From the human T2T-CHM13v2.0 reference genome, Homo sapiens, in the NCBI RefSeq assembly GCF_009914755.1, contig NC_060935.1: DNA of 64,000 nt; one strand, written 5' to 3'. The stretch's first letter is position 1. Every line of letters begins with the position of its first letter. Positions 1 to 14,185 of this stretch are shown here, piece after piece. The notes below the pieces were generated by a model that was not told the DNA's origin, made no database searches, and saw only the letters and a program-made list of their open reading frames with translations. Position numbers and translations under genes: made by a program.

Positions 1-970
<970 letters not shown>

Positions 971-2100
971 GGCACCTGCTAGTCTAACAATGCAAAAGCA
1001 TGCTTTTATCTCCAGCTTTACCCAACACTCAAGGTTCTTAGCATTCTAATTTTTGCCACCTAATGTACATTCCCCTCTGCCATTTCTTCCTGTTTTCATA
1101 TCCAGTTTCACATCACCTGTGATTCTTTTGACTCTGCCTTACTCCTGAGGCTCAGTCCACAGTGATATTTCTTCAGCTCTGACATTCACATTTTTTTTCT
1201 GCATGTTCCACACCCATCCTATGGCTATACTATATTCCTCAATAAATATCCCATCAGTTCTATCAAGCCCCAGATGCCTGTCCACTCATTCAGCATAGAC
1301 TCTCATATCTAATTCTGCCATCTTATTTATTCTTTCTGCTCTAAGCAAAACTTGGATACCACCACATGCCTGTCCAAGCTCCCTGGACTTTCCTAACTAT
1401 TTAATATAAGTATAAATAATTCCCTTCTTCCACAAAACCTGACACACATTCATTACTTTTATTCCCCCTTGTTTCTTTATTAATAGTATTTGTTCACATA
1501 TTTCTTTTACTAAGTGGATTCTGAGCTATTTGAGGGTACGGCATTTGTCTTGGATTTCATCTTTATTTCTTCCACATTTAGTAGGCTCTCAAAAACTCTC
1601 CCCTGAGTGACTGAATGAGCAAACATGAGTAAATCAAATGTTATTTTGTATCAAGTGCCCTTAAGTAATCAAAGTTTGCGACACCCAATATATTAGTCAC
1701 AATTTAAAACTCTTTATTAACATAGAACAAAAAATAAGATGAGATAATTTTTAATTAAAAAACTGTATCTTAAAACCAATTCATGAAGGAGATTGATTGT
1801 TTGTCGCCTTTTTATTCTAAGAAAGTGATGTTTTATTAATTAGCCTCTCTGGTCTATGACCCTTTGCTATAGTTATCATTCTGCATATCAGTAAAGCTGG
1901 GATTTGCTAAAATGAAATATAATTGATAATCAACTCAGAAGCTAATTCTCATATCATTCTCAAGTGAATTCCATTTGACTCGATTTATCCTTTTCTTCCT
2001 CAGATTCTCTGAGATAACTTTATTAAATATTAATATAGAAGTGAGGAAGGATTATGACTATGCATTATATGTTACCCTAAAAGCGTCTGTGTAATTGGGG

Positions 2101-2195
2101 GCAGGGTGCTAAAACTCGGACTGTCCTGGTTTTAGTGCTAAACGTCCTGTATCCCAGAAATCTCTTCAGTCCTACGAAAATTGATGGTCATCTTA
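2101..2195. mobile_element. MER81-like hAT-Blackjack MITE
   Basis: cagggtg...ggactgtcctggttttagtgctaaacgtcc...tcagtcc...ggtcatctta resembles the MER81 consensus and its TIRs. Confidence 0.6.
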
Positions 2196-2789
2196 AGTCT
2201 CAATGCTCTTCATTTATTGCAGTTTCCTAAGCAGGCATTCAAGATCTCCTCTGCTTTAACTGTGACTTTCTTTTCTGTTATATTTTCAGCAGCTCTTCTT
2301 GTAATCTACTTTCTAGGCAAACTGAACCATAGTCTGATCTTTACACATGCAGTGGTTCCCTTGCCTGATGTAGTACAAGCTCAAATTACATGGATTTGGA
2401 TAAAATGTTATTTTTCCCACCACATATATTCTTCTACCTATAGATTTGTCCTGCTACGAATTTGGCTTACTTTGCTAATCTGTTCTGCCTTGCATGACAG
2501 TATCTTACATAGGGGTTATCACTTTGTTTTAAAGAAGAAAGTGATATTAAACATGTAATTGCAAAATGTTAGTTCAGGCTCTGCTCATGTTTGTGTTATA
2601 TCATTTATTTTACATATAAATAAATGTCCAAGTAAATGCACTGAGGCCATTCATGCATGAGTTTACATTCTATTTCTTCCTTTTGCTGTCTTGGATGAGT
2701 CACCTAACTCAGGGGCATGAATTTCTCCATCTTTGAAATGGACATAAAACATTTTGCTTATAGACATATTAAACAGCTTAACATATGTC

Positions 2790-3008
2790 GTATATCAGCA
2801 AACTTTTCTGTAAAGGGACGGATAGTAAATATTTTTGACTTTGTCACCTATATTATTTGACTAAAAAATATTCAATATCCCTAGTAGTGTAAAAGTAGCA
2901 ATAGATAATACATAAGCAAAGGAGGTTAGTTTGTTGCAATATATTTTTATTTACAAAAAACAGCCTGTGGGACAGATTTGGCTTATGACCACAGTTTGTC
3001 AATTCCTG
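2790..3008 (-). mobile_element. MER58A hAT-Charlie MITE inside a MIR fragment
   Basis: cagcaaacttttctgtaaaggg...gatagtaaatattt...tttatttacaaaaaacag...cagtttgtcaattcctg. Confidence 0.8.
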
Positions 3009-3573
3009 ATGTACATTAAGTACTTAATAAGTAAGAACCACTACTATCAGGACCTAATGTGTCTTTCCTTACTGAGTGTTTTGATTCTGTAATCCTAGTA
3101 CAAATTAAGCCGAAACTAATCTAACATTTGGCAATCATATTTGGAGGTTTAATTTGCGTTCCTCCCATAAGTTCTCCCATACAAATAGTACAGGAAAATT
3201 ATATGAGCCAATATAGTGAATCTATTCCTGGCAGGGCTAGGATGCTGAAGTTTGAGAATTTTAATATCTCATTCTCTTTTTCCTGCTTAATTGTAATGAG
3301 TGAAGCCCCTAATATTTTAACTTCTACCTTATCTAGTATCTAAAATAATTATAATCTAGTCATGAAGCATGCTACAGACTCTAAGTGGGTCCGAAATTAA
3401 GAAGTCCCCATAAACTCACTGTCCTGAGGCAAAGCCTGAGAACTCAAGTCTTTCAAGACTTTCTCTAAGATACACTAATTTCTCTAAGATATACTAATTT
3501 CTCCAAAATTCACTGTCTTTGTGTTTTGATTATCTCTATAGCTTGCCAGGTAATTTCACAGATTCCAATAATC

Positions 3574-3628
3574 CAGGAGATTTCCCTTTTGGCTGTGAGT
3601 TAGAATCACCTGGAAAGATTTAAGAAAG
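3574..3628. mobile_element. MER5B-like MITE, left half
   Basis: ttggctgtgagttagaatcacctggaaagattt resembles the MER5B start; the other half is at 10087-10178. Confidence 0.5.
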
Positions 3629-3954
3629 GAATTTTTCTTAAATCAGCCTCAAAAAGCAGTGACCATAACAAAAGGACAAAGTAGACTTTAGCAAAATTGA
3701 AAACTTCTTTCATTAAAAGATATTATGAATAAAATGAATTAAAAAGCCACAGACTGGAAGAAAAGGTTTACAAAACATACATCTGACTAAGGACCGGTAA
3801 CCAGAACATGTATAAAATTTTGACAAAAAGAACCTTTTATGACTTAATAGTCAAAAGATAAGCAACCCAATCAAAAGTGAGCAAACATTTTAAGTTACTT
3901 CACAGAAGAAGATATGTAAATGGTGCATAAGTATATTAAAAAGTATCTAAATAA
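3629..3954 (+). mobile_element. Old L1ME-like ORF2 fragment (left piece)
   Basis: aaaattgaaaacttc, aagccacagactggaagaaaa, acttcacagaagaagatatgtaaatgg. Confidence 0.75.
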
Positions 3955-5016
3955 CTGTGCAGTGACCTGCTCTTGCCATGGGCCTCTGGGATTCTAGCCG
4001 CAGGAAACCCTATGACCCCAGTGGACATTTGTGTTGGCAGGGGGATCTTCCCAGAGAGTTGTCAGACAGAACCCAAATCCGCATGAAGCCCAGAAGGTTT
4101 GGTTCAGGGGCAGCTGCAGTGAAAAACAGCTGTGGGTGCTCATCCCCCAAGGCTCTCTGTACTCCTCTAGGTGTCTTTCAACTTTGTTAATGACTAGACC
4201 TAGAGAGAGGAGGATATTTTTCCCTTGTAAAATGAATGAGTCTAATCTGCATGTCCCCTTGTCTGTGGGCCCCTTCCAGGGTACCATCCTGGCCACCCAG
4301 CTCATAGTGCAGTTTCAGCTGCCCCCTCAGAGTGTTTTTGCTGATGACCCCTACCAGAGTGATTTTGCCAGTGGGCCCCTCTCACCACCCTTCTAGGGTG
4401 CATTTGTCTAGAGCCCCACCTCACCCTACTAAAGTGCTTTTGCCAATGGCCCCCAATGGAATGCTATTGCCAGCAGACTGGAAGCACCTTGCTTGGCCCC
4501 TCCAGCACAGCCAGCGCTTGACTTCAAGGGACCAGAGAAAAAAGCCATGGGTCCCAGCCCTCCAGGGTAACACTATGCAGCACAGGAGTGCCAAACTGAG
4601 CCTTTGCCCTCTGAAAGCATCCAGAAATGAAGCCAATCAACTAAACCCAACATATATCGCAGTCAAACCCTCAGGGGCATTAAAGAACATAAAAACAAAA
4701 ATCCTCATTCACAAGACAGCAATGCCAAAAGGTAAAGGAATATTAGCCCACATAGATTTAAACAAACAAAGAAATAAACAACAAAAAAGCAAGAATTCTG
4801 GCAACTCTAAAACCTTACCTCCAAAGAATCACACTAGCTCCCCATTAATGGTTCTTAACCAAATCGAAATGGCCAAAAAGACAGACATAGAATTCAGAAA
4901 CTGGATGGCAGGGAAGCTCAACAAATTACAGAAGAAGGCTGAAACTCAATCTAAGGAAAACAGTAAAACAATTGCTGAAAGACAGTAAAACAATTGCTGA
5001 AAGAGTTGAAAGACAA

Positions 5017-5123
5017 TGTTAAAGGAAAATATCCTGAGCCCCCAAAATCCTAAGCTAAAGGGAAAATTCAAGCTGGGAACTGCTTAGAGCAAACCTGCCT
5101 CCCATTCTATTCGAAGTCATCCC
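5017..5123 (+). mobile_element. MER4A-like ERV1 LTR, 5' ~107 bp only
   Basis: TG start; aaaggaaaatatcctgagcccccaaaatc..aagctaaagggaaaattcaagctgggaactgcttagagcaaacctgcctcccattctattc matches the MER4A 5' end. Confidence 0.75.
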
Positions 5124-5162
5124 ATATACAGTCAAGTCTACTAACAACCACCTAACAGTGCC

Positions 5163-8100
5163 ATGACCCAGAAAAACACTCACATATCAATATTTCCCTT
5201 GAATGTAAATGGACTAAACACCCCACTTAAAAGGCATACAGTGGCAAGAGGAATACAAAAGCAAGACCCAACTGTTTATTGTCTTAAAGAGACCTGTCTC
5301 ACATGCAATGACACCCATAGGCTCAGAGTAAAGGGTTAGAGAAAGAGCAGGCAAACAGAAAACAAAAAGAGCAAGGATTGCTGGTCTTAGACAAAACAGA
5401 CCAACAACAATCAAAAAGAAAAATGAAGGGTATTATGTAATGATAAATGGTGCAATCCAACAAAAATACTTAGCTATCCTAATTATATAAGCACCCAGAT
5501 TCATAAAACAAGTTCTTAGAGACCTGTGAAGAGACTTTGATAACCATAAAACAATAGTGGGAGACTTTAACACCACATTGACAGAGTTAGACAGATCATC
5601 AAGGCATATAATTAACAAAGATATGCATTTCTTAAACTCAGCAATGGACTAAATATACCTAATAGTGATCTATAGAATAAGAATACTCCACTCAATAACA
5701 GCAGAATACCCATTCTTCTCATCTACATGTGGCACATACTCTAAAATTGACCACATTCTCAGCTATGAAGCAAGTCACAATAGATTTAAAAAAATCAAAA
5801 TCATACCAACCATATTCTCAGACCACAGCACAATAAAAACAGAAATCAATTCTAAGAATATCTCTCTAAACCACACAATTACATAGAAAGTAAACCACCT
5901 GCTCCTGAATGACTTTTGGGTAAATAATGAAATTAAGACAAACTTAAAAACTCCTCTGAAACTAATGAAAACACAGACAACACAGTAAAGCAGATCTCTG
6001 GGGCACAGCTAAAGCAGTGTAAAGAGGAAAGTATGTAGCACTAAATACATCAAGAAGTCAAAAAGATCTCAAATTGAAAACCTAAAATTACACCTAGAGG
6101 AACTAGATAAACAAAAGCACACCAAATCAAAAGCTAGCAAAAAAATTAAATGCAATAAAATCAGAGCTGCACTGAACAAAATTGTGATGCAAAAAGTCCA
6201 TATAAAAAATCAACAAAACCAACAGTTGGTTATTCAAAAGAATAAACAAAATTGATAGACCACTAGCTAGATTAATAAAGGAGAAAAGAAAGAAGATCCA
6301 AATAAACACAGTCAGAAATGAAAAAGGTGGCATTAATACACAGAAACACACAAAAAATCCTCAGAGATTTTTACAAACATCTATATGCACACAAACTAGA
6401 AAACCTAGAAAAAAATGGATAAATTCCTGGAAATATACCACCTCTCAAGATTGAACCAAGAAGAAAATGAAATCCTGAACAGACCAATAACAAGTTGCAA
6501 AATGGAATCAGTAATAAAAAACCTAGCAACCAGAAGAAGCCCTGGATGAGATAGATTCACAGCCACATTCTACCAGATATACAAAGTAGTACTTATCCTA
6601 ATAAAATTATTGCAAAAAAATTAAGGGGGAGGAACTCCTCCCAACTGATTCTACAAAGCCAGCACCTTATGGTGAAAAAACTTGGAAGAGACACAATGAA
6701 AAAAGAAAAATTCAGACCAATATCCCTGAACATAGATGCAAAAATCCTTAACAAAATAATAGGAAATCATATCCAGCAGCACATCAAAAAGTTAACCCAC
6801 CATGAACAAGTAAGGTTTATTCCTGGAATACAAGGTTGCTTCAACATATGCAAGCCAAAAAACAGAATTAAAAACAAAACCACATGATTCTATCAATAGA
6901 TGCAGAAATGGCTTCTGATGAAATGTAATGTCCCTTCATGTTAAAAACCCTCAAACTAGGCATTGAAGAAACATGCTTCAAAATAGTAAGAGCCATCAGG
7001 CCGGGCGCAGTGGCTCATGCTTGTAATCCCAGCACTTTGGGAGGCTGAGGTGGGTGGATCACAAGGTCAGGAGATGGAGGCCAGCCTGGCACACATGGTG
7101 AAAACCCGTCTCTACTAAAAATACAAAAATTAGCTGGGTCTGCTGGCGCACGCTTGTAATCCCAGCTACTAAGGAGGCGGAGGCAGAAGAATCGCTTGAA
7201 CCTGGGAGGCGGAGGTGCAGTGAGCCAAGATTTTGCCATTGCACTCCAGCCTGGGCAATAGAGCCAGACTCCATCTCAAAAAGAAAATAATAATAATAAG
7301 AGCCATCTATGATGAACACACAACAAACATCATACTGAATGAGCAAAAGGTGAAAGTGTTCCCCTTGAGAACTGGAGCAGTACAAGGATGCACACTCTCA
7401 TTAGCCCTATTCAACATAGTACTAGTAGTCTTAGCCAGAGCAAACAGGCCAAAGAAAGAAAGACATCCAAATAGGAAGAGAGGAAGGCAAAGACATCCAA
7501 ATAGGAAGAGAAAATCTCTCTGACAGGACTTTATACCTAGAAAACTCCATAGATTCTGCCTAAAGTCTCCTAGCACTGATAAGTAACTTCAGCAAAGTCC
7601 CAGGATACAAAATCAGTTTACAAAAATTATCATCATTTTTATACACCAATAATGTCCAAGTTGAGAGTCAAATCAAGAACACAATTATATTTACAATAGC
7701 CACAAAAAGAATAAAAGACCTAGGAATACCACTAATGAAGGAGGTAAAATATCTCTACAGCAAAAACCACAAAACACTGCTGAAAGAAATCAGAGATGAC
7801 ACAAATGGAAGAACATTCTATGCTCATGGATTGAAAGAATCAATATTGTTAAAATGACTATACTTCCCAAAGCAATTTATGTATTCAATGCTATCCTATG
7901 GAACTACCAATGTTATTCTTCACAAAATTAGAAACAACTATTTTAAAATTCATATGAAATAAAAAAAAGAGCCTAAATAGCCAAACCAATTCTAAGAAAA
8001 GCAAACAAATCCAGAAGCATCACATTACATGAAGAAAACTATACTACAAACCTACAGCAGCCAAAACGGCATGATACTTGTACACAAACAGACACATAGA

Positions 8101-9190
8101 CCAACGTAACAGAATAGAGAATCCAGAAATAAAGCCACACACCTACAACTAACTGATCTTCAACAAAGTTGACAATAACAGGCAATGGGGAAAGGACTCC
8201 ATATTCAATAAATGGTGCTGGGAAAACTGGCTAGTCATTTGCACAAAATTGAAACTGGACCTTTTCCTTTCATCATATACAAAAATAAACTTAAGCTGTA
8301 TTAAGGACTTAAATGTAAGACCTAAAACTCTAAAAACCCTAGACAAAAAACTAGGAAATACCGTTCTGGACACCTGTCTTGGCAAAGAATTTATAACTTA
8401 GTCACCAAAAGCAACTGCAACAAAAACAAAAATTGACCAGTGGGACTTAATTAAACTAAAGATCATCATCACAGCAAAAAAAAAAAAAAAAAAACTATCA
8501 ACAGAGTAAACAGACAACTTGCAGAATGGGAGAAAATATTCCCAAAGTATGCATCTGACAAAGGTCTAATATCCAGAATCTATAAAGAACTTCAGCAATT
8601 CAGGGAGCAAAAATCAAACAACTCAGTTTAAAATAAAAAGTGCAAAGCACAACACGAACAGACACTTCTCAAAAGAAGACATAAATGCAGCCAACAAATA
8701 TATGAAAAACTGCTCAATATCAATAATCATTAGAAAAGTGCAAATCAAAACCGCAATGAGAAACCATCTCACAGTGGTCAGAATGGCTATCATTAAAAAG
8801 TCAGAAAATAACGATGTTGGCAAGGTTGTGGAGGAAAGGGAATGCCTATATACTACTGGTGGGAATGTAAATTAGTTTAAACACTGTGGAAAACAGTTTG
8901 GAGATTTCTCAAAGGACTTAAAGCTAATATGCCATTTGACCCAGCAATCCCACCGCTGGTTATATACTTGAAGGAAAATAAATCATTCTACCAAAAAGAC
9001 ACATGCACACATATGTCCATCACAGTACTATTCACAATAGCAAAGATACGGAATGTACCTAGATATCCATCAATGGTGGAATGGATAAAGAAAATGTGGT
9101 ACATGTATACCATGGAATACTAGGCATCCATTTAAATGAGAAATCATGTCCTTTGAAGCAATATAGATGCAGCTGGAGGCCATTATCCTA
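5163..9190 (+). pseudogene. L1 ORF2 (endonuclease/reverse transcriptase) relic
   Basis: Translation from 5163 gives MTQKNTHISIFPLNVNGLNTPLKRHTVARGIQKQDPTVYCLKETCLTCNDTHRLRVKG*, matching the L1 ORF2p N-terminus; FADD region is disrupted near 7515. Confidence 0.85.
6999..7291 (+). mobile_element. Alu (AluSc-like) inserted in L1 ORF2
   Basis: Full Alu; TSD core taagagccatc on both sides (6987-6997 / 7297-7307). Confidence 0.95.
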
Positions 9191-9291
9191 GGTGAATTAA
9201 TGCAAAAAAAAATCAAGTACTGAATGTTCTCGTTTATAAATGGGAGTTAAACATTGCGTACTTAGGGACACAAAGACAAGAAGAACAGACC

Positions 9292-10086
9292 GAACATAAA
9301 CCTCTCCCATGATTAGCAATCCACCCCTAAGAAAATGAAAACATGACCACAAAAGAATGACTCTAGTAGGTCTAGTTATAATAGTCAAACACTAGAAACA
9401 GTCAAGATGCCCATTAAAAAGGGAATTGATAAATTCTCCTTTTATGTAATAAAATCCTACTCAGCAATAAAAAGGAAAAATACTATTATAAGCAACAAGA
9501 TGGATATATTTCAAAAACATTATGCAAAATGCAAAGTGTCTTGCATAAAAGAGTACAGAGTATTTGATCCCATGTGTATGAAGTTTTCAAAAAGGCAACA
9601 ACTAATCTGTGGTGCAAAAAAAAAAAATAGAATAATGATTGCCTCCAGGGAGTAGAGGCAGGGAATCGACTTGAGGAGGGCAAGAGGAGACTTTCTGAAG
9701 TCCTGGTAATATTCTATTTTTTTGCTAGATGTTTGAATTACGGAGATAAATTCATTTGTTAAAACTCAGCAAATTAACGCTTATGATTTGTGTGTTTCAT
9801 TGTATGTAAATTTTATATCAAAAGGAAAAATCCCATAAATAAGACCGAACACTTGTTAATGATATACAAGCTGATTATTCATGGGGAAGTACTCTAGTGG
9901 CTTAGGTTTATATTAAAATACATCAGAGACAGAATGGATTACTAGATGGATGGAGAGATGACTAGATGGATAGATGTGACAACAAAAGTTTAGCAAACTT
10001 TTAAATGTATAATCTAGAGGAGAAATATATAGATATCACATTAATAGTCTTTTAACTTCGCTGTTTAATTTTTTTCATAATAAAAT
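9292..10086 (+). mobile_element. Old L1ME-like 3' end (right piece)
   Basis: tactcagcaataaaaagg, aaaaggcaacaactaatctgtggtg, ttcatttgttaaaactcagc, ending ttttcataataaaatg. Confidence 0.75.
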
Positions 10087-10178
10087 GGTTCCACCGAAGG
10101 ATAGTGATTTGTTTTGAGGATAGGGCCCAAACATTTTTTATAAAGCTTTTCATGTGTAGTCAGATTTAAGAACAATTG
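10087..10178. mobile_element. MER5B-like MITE, right half
   Basis: gaggatagggcccaaacattttttataaagct...atgtgtagtcagatttaagaacaattg resembles the MER5B end. Confidence 0.5.
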
Positions 10179-10828
10179 CCATGATATTTTCCAATTCTAC
10201 CCCAGGGAATGGGAACCATTTCCTGCATATATTAACTCAGAGTTCAGAGGACTTTTCTCTAAACTTGACAAGCCATGTATAAACACAATGCTGCCACCCC
10301 TCTGACATTCAGTTTTGCTGCTGCACGTGGACATACCACTCTGCCTAATATGCATCACTATACCACCTATTATATGAATTAAGCTCAAACTAACTAAGCG
10401 CCCTAATATCTCCTTAGGAATCAACACTACTGCTGTACCACTCCACTTTGCCTTCCTTTTTAAAGAATTTTTTATTTTATTTTTTTACCTCTCATAGCCT
10501 CTTTTCTACTGCTTGTTGCACCAATTCCCCAGGATAATAACAGCATCTTCTGTTTGAGTTACAAAAGATAAAATTAAGACATCCAGTCACAAGATTGGAT
10601 GAGCAAATATACAAATAGTATCTTAACTGTGTCTAAGTTGTTCCTCAAAGAAATCATAATTTTTAAACTCCATACAAGATTTTTAAATGGCCACCTTTTC
10701 ATCATAATTGAGACAGGGTATTGGTTAGGACATTATGGCAGCTACCCTACAGAGCAGGCATGTTTATCTGGAGCATGGAAGGCAAAACAAAAGGCCCCCA
10801 AATAATTGTTTGTGGACGAGAACCTGAA

Positions 10829-11618
<790 letters not shown>

Positions 11619-13014
11619 CTGAATAAGAATCCTCTGTTACAAGGATTCTTTGTGATGTCTTTATGAAAGAAACATGTTTATCAGAAGAGATACATGCCCT
11701 TCAGCACTATGTTGCTTTTTCTCTTCCCCAAATTCAACTGTAAGCTCCTCATATGCAAGGATCATTTTCTACTTGTCTTTGATTTCCCATTATCAACAAA
11801 GGCCTGGCACATGGAAGGTTCTCAATACATAATGCAGACTAATGTGAAAGTAATTTAATCAGAAATTCCTGTGTTCTTGTAACACCATTAGCTCATGAGC
11901 ATCTGTGCAACTGTAAATATTCTATAATTCCATTGTTATTTTATACGATAACCTTGAATGCTAGTTACTAATATTGATTTTTGTAATTGAGAAAATTGAG
12001 GCGTATAGAGATAAAATAGCTTGCCAAATGTGGCACGATCAGAAAGTAGCAGAGGCAATATTTTAGCCCAGGTCTTTCTAACCCCAAAGGCTATGTTCAT
12101 TCTATGCCTTCATTCTGCCTGCAATAGAGCCCAACAGAAGCAAGCATCTGTGAGCCTATCCTTCACATGTCACAGATCAATAAGAATTCCTTCACGTCTC
12201 TCAAAAGCTTGAACAGAGTTCATTACCACCATTGTAGAGTACATAATGTTTCCCATAAAATTTTTCCTATTTTTTATTTGTCTGGCAAGCAAAGACCATA
12301 CACTCCTCTTTGGCCTCTTGTATAAATCATAAGATGATTCTGATGCTTGAGTGGAAGCGATCTGTCATAATTGTTAATCATTTTCCTTCAAAAGAAAGAT
12401 CTGTTCAAGGTACAGTACAGAATTGTATAAATCACACACCCAGCATTGCTGCCATACTTAGTCTGATGAGTGAAAGAAAAACCTCTGACAAACTATCAGA
12501 ACCAACCAATGGCCATTTTTTCTCTCTCAGATGTGTCAGCCTGCCTATACTACTAACTGTCATGGCATTATTTATCTTTGTTAGCAACACGCTGGGTTAA
12601 GCAAGAATGAGGTAAAGAAAAGGGCTTCCAGGTGAATTATTTCAGAAAGCTATAAATACATTCTTGGGACCATTTATGTATTTTCCTGTGATGCTTACAG
12701 GTTATCGTACCCCCTGTTTTGTCAGGAGTGGAGGCACCACAAAGCTTGCAGGTTTCGCAGAACTTAGTGTACATCAACTATCGGTGTTTTCAAGTATGTA
12801 TACTAAATGGTAGCCTGGTAGGTTTTCTCCATACATGGTGGGTAAAATCATACTCTAGGGAAGAAAAGACTTGACTCACAGAGCTTGCCATCATATAAAT
12901 CATCAGATAATTCCGACGCTTGATTACAAACTGAAGAAGGATACAGTTTGTCTTCTCAAAGCCTAGGGTCATGAGGAATTTAAAAGAGAACACAACTCCC
13001 AATGAATATGACAC

Positions 13015-13610
13015 TTCAGCAGAGACCTAATGGATGTGTAAGAGTTAGCCTGGTTAGTTAATGGCTAGGGCATTTTTCAGAAGAAAGCTTGTTTCAGGCA
13101 GAAGAAAGAACCTGTGATAAGAGTCACAGGTAATGGGAGGCTATTAAAATTGTATATGGACTGATCATGGAGTGCAGACTAGGTTTGGGGAAGTGTTGAG
13201 GGGGTAAAGAGGAATGATGACACACCATGCTAGAAAGAAGGCATCAGGCACCAGTCTTTCAGTACCGCCTAAATCATGTTGAGGCACTTGGACATCATGA
13301 AAGGCCAATGAGAAATCTTAAGCAATTGATTAGGAAATTTACATAATCATATTGAATGGACAGCAGAGAAGAGTCAGGAATGTCAACCACAAGTCTGCTG
13401 TATTTATTTAGCTGAGGGAGTGGTACCTCTGAAGAGTGGCAGAGGGCAAGGAAAACTTTGAAGGATCCCAGAGACTTTCAGAAGATATATTTGATAGGCA
13501 TTTGTGAAAGATTTGAAGGAGAAGGCAGGGAAAAGTCAGAGTCAAGAATGACATTCAAGTTTCTGCCTTCAAGCAGTTGGACAGTTACTAATGGTAACTA
13601 TTAAAAAATG
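13015..13610 (-). mobile_element. L2 fragment
   Basis: Purine-rich L2 antisense motifs (ttcaggcagaagaaagaacc, gagtcaagaatgacattcaagtttctgcc). Confidence 0.6.
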
Positions 13611-13974
13611 ACATAAGAAAAATATCAAGGCTTTCTTTAATGGTTCCATAGAAATCCTAGAATTAGAATATGAATTTCTACTGCCAGGAACAGAACTGTG
13701 AATTTTCACCGTTCCATGGAATATCTGAACATATGAAAACTTTATTAAAAGTATTGCTAAAATGTAATCTCCATTAGAAATACCTCAAGAATCTCTTGGC
13801 TTTCATGTCTTTTCATAATTCAAGATACCACCTACATAATTAAGATCCCCCTTCCCTCTGCCTTGGTTAGAATTAATATCTTCATCCCTTATGTGATTGT
13901 ACATTATTTCTGCCTTTATTGTAACGGCATAGTTTTCCCTATTTCAAGGACATCACAATCGATTCTCTCTCTCC

Positions 13975-14185
13975 CAAGCAACACCGTGGTTAAGGTCTTG
14001 GACTCTGTGGTCAGACTCCTCTCATTTGAATTCCAGGCACTAACTTTGAGTGACCTTGCATAGGTCACTTAACCTTTCAGAGTTTCAATTTCTATGTCAG
14101 TCAAATAAGAATAATTCTAGAACTGACCACATGGGATCAGGGTAAGGATTAAAGAGCACACTTGTAAAGGACTGAGGGCAATATT
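13975..14185 (+). mobile_element. MIR SINE
   Basis: gtggttaagg...gactctg..gtcagac...gtgaccttgcataggtcacttaacctttcagag core. Confidence 0.75.

Larger units (their letters stand above)
3955..9291 (+). mobile_element. Near full-length but defective L1 (L1PA15/16-like): 5'UTR, ORF1 N-terminus, degenerate ORF2, partial 3'UTR
   Basis: ORF 4332-4988 contains the ORF1-like NHTSSPLMVLNQIEMAKKTDIEFRNWM; ORF2 starts at ATG 5163; RT-region peptide [17 protein letters not shown]; C-terminal PFDPAIP...WIKKMWYMYTMEY; many stops and frameshifts; no poly(A) tail. Confidence 0.92.

Noticed and set aside
2181-2558. 125-aa hydrophobic ORF resembling a membrane protein
   Set aside because: Non-ATG start; T-rich composition explains the hydrophobicity; no recognisable family.
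4332-4988. Longest ORF (218 aa) as a novel gene
   Set aside because: It is L1 5'UTR read in frame into the ORF1 N-terminus and ends at a duplication-induced stop.
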